From the NCBI GenBank assembly GCA_965216565.1, contig OZ244170.1, positions 4,224,001 through 4,288,000 on the forward strand: a stretch of DNA of 64,000 nucleotides, read 5' to 3'. This DNA comes from Bythopirellula sp. Its GTDB lineage: Bacteria > Planctomycetota > Planctomycetia > Pirellulales > Lacipirellulaceae. The translations under genes were made by a program, and so were the position numbers. Positions 11,020 through 21,210 of this stretch are shown in pieces (position 1 is the first letter of the stretch; each line of letters begins with the position of its first letter). The notes beneath the pieces were generated by a model. The model searched no databases, was not told the origin of the DNA, and saw only the letters and a list, made by a program, of their open reading frames with translations.

Positions 11020-12441
11020 ATGCAAAAGCATCTGACCCAATCCGCAATGGTGTGCCGCGCTCTGTTGGTGTTCGGGTTTATTGGACTCCCGGTTCCGGAC
11101 GGTTTCGGCAAAGAGCCGCTCAACGTTTTATTGATCATCATCGATGATTTGCGGCCTCAACTAGCTTGCTACTGTCGTGACGCTATGAGCACGCCGCACA
11201 TCGACCGACTAGCGGCGAAGGGAGTGAAATTCAATCATGCTTATTGCCAATATCCGGTATGCAATCCAAGCCGTTCTTCATTCCTCACAGGATTGCGTCC
11301 CGGTGAACTTGGCATACTGACGAACGAAATCTCACTACGAAAAAAGTGGCCAAACAAAGTCACTTTACCCCAGTTGTTTCGCAACCACGGATATTACACA
11401 GCGGGGCTAGGGAAAATACTTCATCAAGGTCTCGATGATGAAGGCAATCAAACTTTATTTCGTGATACAGTCTCTTTTGAGCATTCCTACCGAGCATTAG
11501 GAAACAGCCCGCCAATAGGAAATACGGGTAACGGGCGACAGGTGGGTGAGGGAAATATTTCGTGGTGTCGCTGGCTGGCAGCGGAAGGCGGTGACGAAGC
11601 TCAACCAGACGGCATGATTGCTGCGGAAGCCGAGAGATTACTAAAGGAGAAAAGCGGCGAACCCTTTTTCATTAGCGTCGGTTTTCACAAGCCTCATGAT
11701 CCCTTTATCGCTCCCAAAAAGTACTTCGAGCACTATCCAGATTCTGCCGTCCAGCTGGTCGACGAGCCTGCAGATCGCACGCCATTGCTAAAGTATGCCA
11801 TCCCCAAAGGGTACGATTTCTCGAACTTCACGGAACAAGACTGCAGAGAGATTAAGCGAGCTTACCAGGCATGTACGAGTTTCTCCGACGCACAGGTTGG
11901 TAAGCTCTTCGCAGTGCTCGACGAGTACTCACTCTGGGAAAATACAATGGTAATACTGATGGGTGATCATGGTTATCACTTGGGAGAACACGACTGGTGG
12001 AATAAAGTGACCGTCTTCGAATTGGGAGCGCGGAGTCCACTTATGATGTGGGTTCCTGGCTGCGACTCTATGGGCCAGGAGACGGACTCGGTCGTGGAGT
12101 TTATCGACCTCTATCCAACCATCATCGACTACGCCGGGCTTCAATCTCCTCATCAGCTTTCTGGGAAGAGTTTGCGCCCAGTTTTGGAAGATCCCTCGGC
12201 AACCTGGACGGAGCCGGCTTTCACCCAAGTGACGCGGCCAAAGGTTGGAATGGGTTACAGCGTTTGCCAAGGCCCCTGGAGATTCACGCAATGGGGTAGG
12301 GATGGAGAGGGAGGCTTAGAGCTCTACAATCACGTTGATGACGAGTCTGGGTATTACAATCTGGCAGGTAAACCACAATTTGCGAGCGTGCAAGAGAAAC
12401 TACAAGAACTTTTGGTGCAAGGGTTCCCGACTTTGAAATAA
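11020..12441 (+). CDS. Sulfatase (formylglycine-dependent S1; iduronate-2-sulfatase-like)
   Basis: Signal peptide; NVLLIIIDDLRP; CNPSRSSFLTG; GKILH; FHKPHDPF; GDHGYHLGEH..W.K. Confidence 0.92.
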   Translation: MQKHLTQSAMVCRALLVFGFIGLPVPDGFGKEPLNVLLIIIDDLRPQLACYCRDAMSTPHIDRLAAKGVKFNHAYCQYPVCNPSRSSFLTGLRPGELGILTNEISLRKKWPNKVTLPQLFRNHGYYTAGLGKILHQGLDDEGNQTLFRDTVSFEHSYRALGNSPPIGNTGNGRQVGEGNISWCRWLAAEGGDEAQPDGMIAAEAERLLKEKSGEPFFISVGFHKPHDPFIAPKKYFEHYPDSAVQLVDEPADRTPLLKYAIPKGYDFSNFTEQDCREIKRAYQACTSFSDAQVGKLFAVLDEYSLWENTMVILMGDHGYHLGEHDWWNKVTVFELGARSPLMMWVPGCDSMGQETDSVVEFIDLYPTIIDYAGLQSPHQLSGKSLRPVLEDPSATWTEPAFTQVTRPKVGMGYSVCQGPWRFTQWGRDGEGGLELYNHVDDESGYYNLAGKPQFASVQEKLQELLVQGFPTLK

Positions 12442-12447
12442 ACTAGG

Positions 12448-12897
12448 TTAGTCTTGCAGTGTGAAGTCGTGTGTTTGCTTGCCCTGCACGACATCCACTT
12501 TCAGCCCACTCAGCTCATGGTTACCGTACTTGGCTGGAATGGGAACGTATTTCAGCGGATCCTTTTCGGGCTCCTCGAAGAGTGGCCCGGTGGGGGGTTG
12601 CATCATGGGCGAGGGCTCGTGGGACATAATAACCACGGTCGCTCCTGGGCCGATCTCAACACCTGAGACTTCATATTTTCCGAACTCGATATTGCCCGAA
12701 ATGACTTTTCCATTCTGGCTGACAAATGCAATCGTTCCCGTCGTGATTGGCTCGTCTTTGAAAGTAACCTTACCATTAATGGTAGAAGTAGGCGGATTGC
12801 ATCCAAGAGTCATGGAATACACTACAGATGCGAAGACGCCCGCCAGCACATGAATGCTCGTGCGATTGGTGATGTTTCTTGTCACGTGCTTACTCAT
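12448..12897 (-). CDS. Small lipoprotein with carboxypeptidase-regulatory-like domain (usual DUF1559 partner)
   Basis: Hydrophobic leader ending LGC; INGKVTFKDEPITTGTIAF; IPAKYG..SGLKVDV..G.QTHDFTL; start overlaps the DUF1559 stop by 4 bp. Confidence 0.8.
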   Translation of the reverse strand: MSKHVTRNITNRTSIHVLAGVFASVVYSMTLGCNPPTSTINGKVTFKDEPITTGTIAFVSQNGKVISGNIEFGKYEVSGVEIGPGATVVIMSHEPSPMMQPPTGPLFEEPEKDPLKYVPIPAKYGNHELSGLKVDVVQGKQTHDFTLQD

Positions 12898-13907
12898 AGT
12901 GATTCAATGATCTCCTCGCCTCTAGGCGTACTCAACGCCCACCAGACATTAGCATCCATTCCATCCGATAGAACCCGAACGCTACCATCGCCAAGGCCAA
13001 CATTCATAACACCAGGATGAGGAGTTTGTGCTACCCGTGGATTACACGGGCCGCCGCGTTCGTGGGGGTAAGGGGCACTCTGAAACATAGAGACCGGCCC
13101 TTGGACGTAAGCCGCAAATGTTGGTTGCCAGTAGTCAAACCAATCCCATCGGGCCCACATCGTGCCACCGTCCGCGGAACCGCCCGGGTGGGGGCCGGTG
13201 GAGTTGCAGTTAGCAAACTTCTCGGCGACAAAAATCGTATTCGAGACGCCATCAGTAATTGATCGGCCCAAGTCTGCTTTGCCCTCCCATATTTCAAGCG
13301 TATCCTCATCACAGGTGTTTCTTATCCGTAGAGGCGGGATGGGTCTGCGTTTGGCGATATAGAAGTCAGCGTACTCTTCGTAGGCTGAGAAGACCTGGAA
13401 ATTTGTGGCGTAGCAACTTCCGGCCCATCCCCAATTGGGCAGGACATACGATTGCGAATCTTCTGAAGGGCATACATAAACCTTCAATTCTTGATTTCCG
13501 ATTCTCCTGCGTATATCGCGCGAGCCAGCCTGTTGGGTGTAGTTGCATGGATAGTCTTGCGTGACTGTCTCCTCTATCAATGCTAAATCGTACAAGTTGG
13601 TTTCTTCTAGATAAGGCAGCATGTGGAAAAAGATTGTCCCAAATGTGCCTGTCTCGTCGTTTCCTAACCAACCTGTCTGCGGGGGCAAACTCTTTCTTGC
13701 ACTTTGCGCGCTTTGGAGACCTAATCCCATTTGCTTTACATTATTTTGACACTGGGCTCGCCGCGCTGCATCGCGAGCCGCCTGTACAGCGGGCAGCAAT
13801 AACGATACCAGCACGCCGATAATCGCAATGACCACCAGTAGTTCGACCAATGTAAATGCTACGCGCAGCTGAGAGGTATCGCGGCGGCTCATTCTGACGT
13901 TTGACAT
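12894..13907 (-). CDS. DUF1559 family prepilin-type N-terminal cleavage/methylation protein
   Basis: AFTLVELLVVIAIIGVLVSLLLPAVQAARDAARRAQCQNN; ITDGVSNT; H-X9-DG motif HPGVMNVGLGDG. Start at ATG 13907 is inferred (ORF track 14057). Confidence 0.92.
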   Translation of the reverse strand: MSNVRMSRRDTSQLRVAFTLVELLVVIAIIGVLVSLLLPAVQAARDAARRAQCQNNVKQMGLGLQSAQSARKSLPPQTGWLGNDETGTFGTIFFHMLPYLEETNLYDLALIEETVTQDYPCNYTQQAGSRDIRRRIGNQELKVYVCPSEDSQSYVLPNWGWAGSCYATNFQVFSAYEEYADFYIAKRRPIPPLRIRNTCDEDTLEIWEGKADLGRSITDGVSNTIFVAEKFANCNSTGPHPGGSADGGTMWARWDWFDYWQPTFAAYVQGPVSMFQSAPYPHERGGPCNPRVAQTPHPGVMNVGLGDGSVRVLSDGMDANVWWALSTPRGEEIIESL

Positions 13908-14081
13908 GTCCCAAGCTCTTTGATTTCGGAAATTCGAGCGTAGCCAACACTTGGGGACACCAATACTCTGACTTATAGGCTTATAGTTGCCAATCATCTT
14001 AAAACACCTGAAAAGAGAATTCACAAGATCGGAGAGAGTATGACTATTTCGGATCACCCCACCTGAATTTCTTAATAATGA

Positions 14082-16205
14082 TCAATTACAGACACTTCTC
14101 GATGTCAAAACCAAAATCGTTGAGATCAACAGCAAGACTGAGCTTGGCTCTGGCACAGTGGCAACAGAGGCCCACAGACTTGTCACGCCATAGTTGTTTT
14201 CCCAATCTGCCAATAAACCGATGCTTCTATCTTGTTGCCAAAGTAGAAAGTCGTTTCCATCCACGGTTCCATCTTCATTAAAGTCCCCGTCCAAGACGAC
14301 TCGCAACAACGTATCCGAACCATCGTAGCTCACTCTAATCGACCCCGTTGAACTATCCGTAAACACCAAACCCTGAGTGATCAATCCATTCATGCCACTA
14401 GTGGCGTCTGAACCAACGATGACAACCTGACCTCCTTCACCAATTCGTACGCCCATCGTGTTCTCATTGCCAGGGACAGTATTCGTTGCAAGATAGGTAG
14501 CCAGATCGCCGCCGGGAGCGAATAAGATATTTGAAGTCAGAAGAGTTCCCGTAGTGATATCAAGTAATACATCTACCAGCTCAGACGTGGTCGAAGAGTT
14601 GGGAGTGCCACTGCTATCCACGCCATACTTATCGCCCAGAATAGTCGTGCCGGCGACATCGACCAATCCAGCGATCGTTACTGTGATGTCGTTATCGTCC
14701 ATCTGTAAATTGCCGTTGCTTCTTCCATCGTACTGGCCTAGCAATAAATTCCCCCCAACAGAGATCAGGGCTCCAGCCTGGATATCGACATCCACATCGC
14801 CTTCATTAAATGCAACGAAATAGTTCGTGTTTAAAGTGACATCTGCTCCGGACTCGAACGTGAATGTTTGCCCGGCTTCATCAACGCCGAACAAAAAATC
14901 ATTCACATGGAGAGTTGAATCAATCGTCATATCCGTGCCGCCACGATCCACCCGCGCTCGATCAACGTCAGTCGGGACCCGAGGCGCGTCAGGCTGAGCG
15001 TCGTCACCGTTCCAATTGGCTGAATCAGTGAAGTTGCCGACAAACATACCGGCAGCAGTACCTCGCCCCCAGCGGATCTCTGCAGGAGTCAAAGCTGTCA
15101 GTGTGGCATTGCGGAGTATGTCGAGATAACGGTTCTCATATCCTTCGTAGTCTCTTCCGACTGTGAGGCCAGTTCCTGAAGGAGTATTGTCCATGTTGGT
15201 TGTTTGGCCGGCCACACTTGCTTCGATTTGAGTATCCTCGTGCCACTCGTTGAATGAATTCACAAGGATTAGCTCATTGATGTCTGTGTCCGTGTGCGGC
15301 AATACGGCGTCATCAAGCATCGCTTGCATGACTGATCCAAACCCTTCGCCGGGCAAGTATCGAGCGGCAGGATCGTTGCCGGGACGCACCGCTTTGTCGT
15401 TGTATCCTGGTGCCAACCCAGGAACAAAATCAACGCCAAGGGTATTAGCAGAGCTCTGTGCCGCTGAGTAGATATTTGCTAATTGGTCAATTCTAGATTG
15501 GTTGACGACGCCATCGTTAAACACCTGACCATAAATATCAAAGCCAGTGACGGCATCGAGATTTGATGCACCGGGGTCCAACGAATTGAAGACATGATCG
15601 CCGATGATGTAAGGATCGTACCCATGCTCGAGTTGCATGAACAGACGCAGATCACTCAACGCATTTGCTCCGGCTGCATCATCGAAATACTCCCGCGTGA
15701 GATACATCACGACGACCGGACGACCATCGATCCTCATGTAGCTGGGATCGTTGAATACATTATTGGCGAGATGTTGGAAGTCGGGAATTAAATTTGAATA
15801 GTTAGGACTGGCAAACGTTCCGAGACGCCCAGTTGACTCGTAATGGACGGTGTAGCTTAGTTCTGAGGCGCGAGGATGGGTGAGAATGTTATTGCGTATC
15901 GTGATATCTTCGTACGAGTTCGGTCCCCACCAACTCATAGACCACATGGAAATATTTCCTAGGTGGCTTTGGTCGATGTGGGCAGCGATGACATTCGGAT
16001 CACGGCTACTGTATTCGTCACCGGCGGCTGGCAAGTGGTCGTCCGGATTTAAGTGAGCACGCACAGATTGGTTAAGAGTATGACCACCCTCGCCTGCTCC
16101 CCACCACGGATAATAGTAGACGCCAACTGTTGGGTCCGCGGCGGCATTGGCAGTAAAGCTCAGCAGCATGATCAACGCGAGAACGACTTTTTTGTTGCAA
16201 TTCAT
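14082..16205 (-). CDS. Secreted GH99-family endo-alpha-mannosidase/mannanase-like protein with beta-rich stalk, dockerin-like motif and PEP-CTERM
   Basis: Signal peptide; VGVYYYPWW, YSSRDP..I..H, SWWGP, IDGRPVV, PGYNDKAVRP, NSFNEWHEDTQIE (GH99 EWHE motif); GDFNEDGTVDGNDFLLWQ; VPEPSS plus hydrophobic tail. Confidence 0.82.
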   Translation of the reverse strand: MNCNKKVVLALIMLLSFTANAAADPTVGVYYYPWWGAGEGGHTLNQSVRAHLNPDDHLPAAGDEYSSRDPNVIAAHIDQSHLGNISMWSMSWWGPNSYEDITIRNNILTHPRASELSYTVHYESTGRLGTFASPNYSNLIPDFQHLANNVFNDPSYMRIDGRPVVVMYLTREYFDDAAGANALSDLRLFMQLEHGYDPYIIGDHVFNSLDPGASNLDAVTGFDIYGQVFNDGVVNQSRIDQLANIYSAAQSSANTLGVDFVPGLAPGYNDKAVRPGNDPAARYLPGEGFGSVMQAMLDDAVLPHTDTDINELILVNSFNEWHEDTQIEASVAGQTTNMDNTPSGTGLTVGRDYEGYENRYLDILRNATLTALTPAEIRWGRGTAAGMFVGNFTDSANWNGDDAQPDAPRVPTDVDRARVDRGGTDMTIDSTLHVNDFLFGVDEAGQTFTFESGADVTLNTNYFVAFNEGDVDVDIQAGALISVGGNLLLGQYDGRSNGNLQMDDNDITVTIAGLVDVAGTTILGDKYGVDSSGTPNSSTTSELVDVLLDITTGTLLTSNILFAPGGDLATYLATNTVPGNENTMGVRIGEGGQVVIVGSDATSGMNGLITQGLVFTDSSTGSIRVSYDGSDTLLRVVLDGDFNEDGTVDGNDFLLWQQDRSIGLLADWENNYGVTSLWASVATVPEPSSVLLLISTILVLTSRSVCN

Positions 16206-16428
16206 GTAGGTTCGATTTCTTGAACGAGGAGCAATCAGTCTTATGAGTTCACGCGTAACAGGTCTGAAGTTGTCTTGTCGGAACCCGACATTTAGGTGGT
16301 CTACTCACTATGATTCACTCTGGTTGGTCGGCAAATCATCGCTTTGCCCATTTCACAGTGACTCTTGCTTCTACTAAGAGCTTTGTTCGTGGAATAGATA
16401 TCTGGGGAATCCCATGCTTCCAGACCAA

Positions 16429-16457
16429 AGCATACCAATTTTGGTATAGTATGTCAA
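16429..16457 (-). promoter_or_regulatory. sigma70-like promoter (TTGACA-N17-TATGCT) with overlapping operator CATACCAATTTTGGTATA (16431-16448)
   Basis: Read directly; upstream of the GH99-DUF1559-lipoprotein unit; extra CAGACCA half-site at 16421-16427. Confidence 0.82.
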
Positions 16458-16612
16458 GCCAATTGCTCGACTCTTGAGCAATCACCCGCATGAGAGAAGT
16501 GAGTTTCTTCCCACGAATTCAAGAGCTATGGAGTCAAATCGAGCAGTACGCGAGGAGAGACTGGCCCATCCAGAATTGAACTAGCGCTAGACTGGCTCTT
16601 TGACTTGTTACC

Positions 16613-18202
16613 CTAATTCCTCTGCCCTGTGTCGATTTCATGCTCTGCATGGTCTTGGTAGTCGCGACGCAGTTTTTTAAGTTGCTCTTCCACTTCGTCA
16701 ATAATCGTCGCGTATTTTGGATCTGGGTAAAGGTTTATTAATTCATCGGGGTCTTGGTCTAAGTCGTAGAATTCCCATTCGTTCGACTTATAGAAATGCA
16801 TCAACTTATATCGTTCCGTGCGGATACCATAGTGAGGAGCAACCATATGGAACGATGGGTGCTCGTAGTAGTGATAGTAAATCTTGTCGCGCCACGACGA
16901 AGGCACGCTGCCATCGAACAAGGGCACCAGCGATTCGCCTTGCATGTCATCAGGAACCGGCATGCCAGCTGCTTCGAGAAAAGTCTCTGCATAATCCAGG
17001 TTCTGCACGAGTGCCTCGCAGTGTGAGCCCGGATCAATAACGCCGGGCCACTTGACGATTAGCGGCATTTTTAGCGATTCTTCGTACATCCAGCGTTTAT
17101 CGTACCAACCATGGTCGCCCACATAAAATCCTTGGTCAGAAGAGTAGATAACGATTGTGTTCTCAGACAGACCTAGTTCTTTTAATGTGCTCATCACTTG
17201 GGCCACGCTTTCGTCCACGCCCTTAATGCATCGCAAGTAGTTTTTGGCATAGCGTTGATACTTCCAACGGATCAACTCTCGGCCCTGCAGATTGCTCTCG
17301 TGAAAGGCCTTATCCTTGGGCACGTATGCAGCACGCCAGGCTTTCAGCTGCGAGGGAGTAAAACGCTTCATGTTTTCCAGCGCAGATCGATCTTGCCGTT
17401 CCTGAATAGCCTCACCTTGGAAATCAGGCGTGAGATCGAGAAAAAGATCGTAGTGAGGATCCAGATGCCGATCGATCTCCATCTCTTGCTCTCGTGCAGG
17501 TGAAGCATTGTCCTTCCATTGGTCGAATAGCGTGGCGGGTTCAGGTATGTCTATCGCATCATAAAGGTGAAGGTGCCGTAGAGCTGGCATCCAGGCCCGA
17601 TGCGGAGCCTTATGCTGACACATCAGCATGAATGGTTTATTCGGATCTCGGGTTTGCCTTAGCCATTCGATCGTCATCTTGGTTATGAGATCGGTGCAAT
17701 AACCTTCCACTTGAGTGGTACCATCCGGGCCTACGAAGTCAGGGTTGTAATACAGCCCTTGCCCGGGGAGGATCTTCCAGTGATCGAAACCTTGGGGCCT
17801 GCTTTGAAGATGCCACTTTCCGAATAGAGCGGTTTGGTAGCCTCCCTTTTGGAGAAGCTTTGGGAATGTTTGCTGATCTCCGTCAAACCGCCTTGAATTG
17901 CTGGTAAAGCCATTTATGTGGCTATGTTTACCTGTGAGAATTACCGCTCGGCTGGGACCACAAAGGGAATTTGTGCAGAAGCTGTTCTCAAAGAGCATCC
18001 CTTCACTCGCTAAGCGATCGATGTTTGGAGTGGGGTCTACCGATTTAAGCCAACCGTTGTAAGCACCAATGGCATGAGGCGCATGATCGTCGGAGAAGAT
18101 AAAAACTATGTTGGGACGCGGACGACCATCCTCAGCCGATTGCGCAGGGCCATGAAAAAACACAACGCCTGCCAGAGATAGAAAAGTGTTCAGTATCCGC
18201 AC
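16613..18202 (-). CDS. Sulfatase (S1; N-acetylglucosamine-6-sulfatase-like)
   Basis: PNIVFIFSDDH, CTNSLCGPSRAVILTG, GKWHL, HKAPHR, SSDQGFYVGDHGWYDKRWMYEES. Confidence 0.92.
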   Translation of the reverse strand: MRILNTFLSLAGVVFFHGPAQSAEDGRPRPNIVFIFSDDHAPHAIGAYNGWLKSVDPTPNIDRLASEGMLFENSFCTNSLCGPSRAVILTGKHSHINGFTSNSRRFDGDQQTFPKLLQKGGYQTALFGKWHLQSRPQGFDHWKILPGQGLYYNPDFVGPDGTTQVEGYCTDLITKMTIEWLRQTRDPNKPFMLMCQHKAPHRAWMPALRHLHLYDAIDIPEPATLFDQWKDNASPAREQEMEIDRHLDPHYDLFLDLTPDFQGEAIQERQDRSALENMKRFTPSQLKAWRAAYVPKDKAFHESNLQGRELIRWKYQRYAKNYLRCIKGVDESVAQVMSTLKELGLSENTIVIYSSDQGFYVGDHGWYDKRWMYEESLKMPLIVKWPGVIDPGSHCEALVQNLDYAETFLEAAGMPVPDDMQGESLVPLFDGSVPSSWRDKIYYHYYEHPSFHMVAPHYGIRTERYKLMHFYKSNEWEFYDLDQDPDELINLYPDPKYATIIDEVEEQLKKLRRDYQDHAEHEIDTGQRN

Positions 18203-18265
18203 GGTTAATCCTTCCGTTCCATCTATCCGTTTGCTGGCCGTGGTAAAGCTACCGTGCCCAATATA

Positions 18266-20956
18266 CTACTTCGCTATTTCTGAACGATCGTATTTCGGCA
18301 GGGTGCCCGTAGTTCGAATTTCGTTTCGCAGAACCATTCCAGCTTTGCCGGCTAGATTTAAGTAGAAATCGCTTGGCAATCCCTCGTAATCAATAAACTT
18401 TCCACCGTTAGCGACAGGTGGATCATTCGTGCATTTGAAAATCGCGGTACCTTCGTCGACTTCGTCGAACATCGCAAAATAGAGCATATCGCAATTTGCT
18501 CGTTTTGCTTCAACGATTTGCTTCCAGAGAAACTGGCCCTTTAGTCTCGGAATCGCGTTCAGCTTGTCACCCTTGAGGTTATGCCAACTAAAGCCGGGGA
18601 AAACCACAGGCATATAGTCCAGGTCTCTCTGTTTGGCCCACCTGTTGTCGATTCGCCAATAGCGCTTCGCATGGTTGCTGATGTCGTCTAATGTTCGATA
18701 TCGCCCTACGGTCCATGGACTGAGAACATCAGCAAGCTGAAGAACTTCATGCAAATGAGGATCGGGAATCGAATCACGCTTGAGCTCACGCCAGCCAGTT
18801 GGAATACCAAGCATCACGCTGCAGTTGTCCGCTTTAAAAAACTTGATCAACGCTTCGCACTCTGAGAGAGAGTACTCGCGTGGTTTGGTTTCGCTTCCGA
18901 ATCCAACCCCCCAAACGGCTACAAGAGGTTTCCCCTCGTGGAACTGGTACGCGGGGTTACTGTCTATTTGAAGTGTCTCTCGCAGATTATGCCAATCTTC
19001 TTCAATGGTCTGGACACCTCCAGCGGGGAGACCAGAAAGGTCGTACATCACCACGAACGTTCTTCCAGTTTGGTTGGCGCTATCACTGGCATGGCGAAGA
19101 ACAGTGTTGCGATGGCGAAGGATACGATCGTTCGATAAACCGTTGGCGAAGCGTTGCACAAAAGCTCCATCGATACCGTATTCTCGCATCCACTGAAAAT
19201 GCCTGAGCACCGTTTTGTGGTTCGCACTGCTAAAGACTTTGGCAACTTTACCTCCAGTGTGCTTGAACCCTGTCTCATAGAGTTCATCGTCATCGTACTC
19301 CGAGATATCGGGCCACAGGTCTACCGTGACGCTGCCGGGAGCGAACTTTTTGCCCCGCTTTCCCCAATGCGTCCAGCCCAGATCCATGCCATCGCCTTCG
19401 CAGTTGAACCAGCCTTGATAACCGCACATGACCTTACCCTTGAGCGTACCGCGATTAACCGCTTGGGAACGAATGGTGGAACGCGTATTCTGGTTCTTGA
19501 CGGTCTCGTTTAGCAAAACAGTTAATCGACTGACAATGTCTGGATGTAACTGATACAAGTTCTTTTCCTCAAACGGATCATCCGCGAGATTGTAGAGCTG
19601 TCCGCGCGGGCCCGTGGCGGATGGCTCGATATATTTTGGTTTCGAAAATCCTCCCGAGCCGAGTTCAGTAATAAGCTTCCAGTCGCCATCGCGCACCATC
19701 ATCATGGAAGGACGACTGCCCGCCTGCATGACGAAACTCTCACGCACACCTTTGTGGGCGGGGCTCTTGCTGAGCAATGTCGAAGAAAAGTCGACACTAT
19801 CGGGACCAGCCTCAGCGGGGAGATTTACATCCATGATGGCGGCGAAGGTTGCCAGAAAATCGGTGAAACAAACAAGCTGGTCGCTGGTGGAATTGGGCTC
19901 CACTTGCCCTGGCCACCGGACAATCATCGGCATCCGATGGCCCCCTTCCCAGGCATCCGATTTCATTCCTCGAAAGCCCCCCGTGCTCGAGTGGCCAAAT
20001 TTTTCGACATCCGTCTCACGCCAGCAAGGTCCGTTATCGGAAGTGAAAATGACTAGTGTGTCATCAGCGATTTGCGATTGGTCTAATGCATCGAGGACTT
20101 TTCCGATTTCGTCATCCACCATCGAAGCAAAGTCCCCGTACAAACCAGCTTTGCTTGTGCCCTTGAATTCATAGGAAGGTAGCCAGGGCGTGTGAGGAGC
20201 GGTATAAGCCAAATAGAGTAGGAGTGGTTGTTTTCCGTTTGCTTGTGACTTTGCATGCCCCTTGATGACCCGTACAGCCTGACTCGTAAATACTGGAAGC
20301 ACCTTCTCAAGTTTCATTCCTGGTGCAATTCCACCTGCCAACCGTCTTCGTCCCTGGATTTTTGACCAGTCTTCCGAAAAATCGTCATCGATGTGTTCGG
20401 TAGGCGGCTTCACTGCCTGATCATCTTGAATGTAGAAATATGGCGGAATATCGGTCGATGCTCGCATCCCATAAAATTGATCGAATCCGCAATCTACCGG
20501 TCCACCGCGCAATGGTTTGTCGTAGCCTTCTTCCTGGAAGCCAAGATGCCATTTACCAACCATCACCGTGTGATATCCTGCACGCTTGGCCACAGAGGCG
20601 ATGGTTGTTTGATCAGGCTCGATCAGGCTGTGTGTTGGCCAGCGGGTAACATCTGTACGGAAAGGATATCGACCGGTCAGCAATCCGTAACGCGACATGT
20701 GGCAAAGTGGCCCCGGAGCGTGGGCATCGGTAAAACGCATCCCTTGCTTGGCAAGCTGATCGATGTGTGGGGTAGATATTTTCGACTGCGAGTTGAAACA
20801 GCCTGGGTCGCCGTAACCCATATCATCGACCAGAATGAGCACGATGTTTGGCTGGGTCGGACGACCACCTGCGCGGTGAGGCCATGCCGCGGCCAATAGA
20901 AGAATGCTGCTCAGGGAAACGATGGTTAGTCGTACAAACATGTCGCCACACCGCAT
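18266..20956 (-). CDS. Fusion of an arylsulfatase-type S1 sulfatase and a GH99/GH71-like glycoside hydrolase
   Basis: N-terminal half PNIVLILVDDMGYGD, CHMSRYGLLTG, GKWHLG, FTSDNG, EGGHRMP; C-terminal half LKGKVMCGYQGWF, WMREYGIDGAFVQRF, YDLSG, PWTVGR, FPGFSW, AMFDEVDEGTAIFK. Confidence 0.85.
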   Translation of the reverse strand: MRCGDMFVRLTIVSLSSILLLAAAWPHRAGGRPTQPNIVLILVDDMGYGDPGCFNSQSKISTPHIDQLAKQGMRFTDAHAPGPLCHMSRYGLLTGRYPFRTDVTRWPTHSLIEPDQTTIASVAKRAGYHTVMVGKWHLGFQEEGYDKPLRGGPVDCGFDQFYGMRASTDIPPYFYIQDDQAVKPPTEHIDDDFSEDWSKIQGRRRLAGGIAPGMKLEKVLPVFTSQAVRVIKGHAKSQANGKQPLLLYLAYTAPHTPWLPSYEFKGTSKAGLYGDFASMVDDEIGKVLDALDQSQIADDTLVIFTSDNGPCWRETDVEKFGHSSTGGFRGMKSDAWEGGHRMPMIVRWPGQVEPNSTSDQLVCFTDFLATFAAIMDVNLPAEAGPDSVDFSSTLLSKSPAHKGVRESFVMQAGSRPSMMMVRDGDWKLITELGSGGFSKPKYIEPSATGPRGQLYNLADDPFEEKNLYQLHPDIVSRLTVLLNETVKNQNTRSTIRSQAVNRGTLKGKVMCGYQGWFNCEGDGMDLGWTHWGKRGKKFAPGSVTVDLWPDISEYDDDELYETGFKHTGGKVAKVFSSANHKTVLRHFQWMREYGIDGAFVQRFANGLSNDRILRHRNTVLRHASDSANQTGRTFVVMYDLSGLPAGGVQTIEEDWHNLRETLQIDSNPAYQFHEGKPLVAVWGVGFGSETKPREYSLSECEALIKFFKADNCSVMLGIPTGWRELKRDSIPDPHLHEVLQLADVLSPWTVGRYRTLDDISNHAKRYWRIDNRWAKQRDLDYMPVVFPGFSWHNLKGDKLNAIPRLKGQFLWKQIVEAKRANCDMLYFAMFDEVDEGTAIFKCTNDPPVANGGKFIDYEGLPSDFYLNLAGKAGMVLRNEIRTTGTLPKYDRSEIAK

Positions 20957-21048
20957 ACTCAGGTACTCCAGCGAAGACGCTAATCGCGAACCTATCAGCT
21001 TTCAGAAGCTATGTGCTACTTGCATCTCAAAGTTTCCAAATAGCATAA

Positions 21049-21066
21049 TATACCAAATTTGGTATA
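21049..21066. promoter_or_regulatory. Perfect operator palindrome TATACCAAATTTGGTATA between the divergent sulfatase-GH fusion and EEP genes
   Basis: Exact 18-bp palindrome in intergenic DNA. Confidence 0.85.
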
Positions 21067-21210
21067 GTGCAAAGCCTGTCCCTCAAAATAGTGGCCATTT
21101 CGCTCGTGGATGGCTTGCCTCGCGCTTAGCTACCTTGCCTTGAAGGAGAATACGGGACTCGCAAAGGATTTTTCTCTCACCTAGTGTCTTCGATTAACAG
21201 GGTTTGAAGT

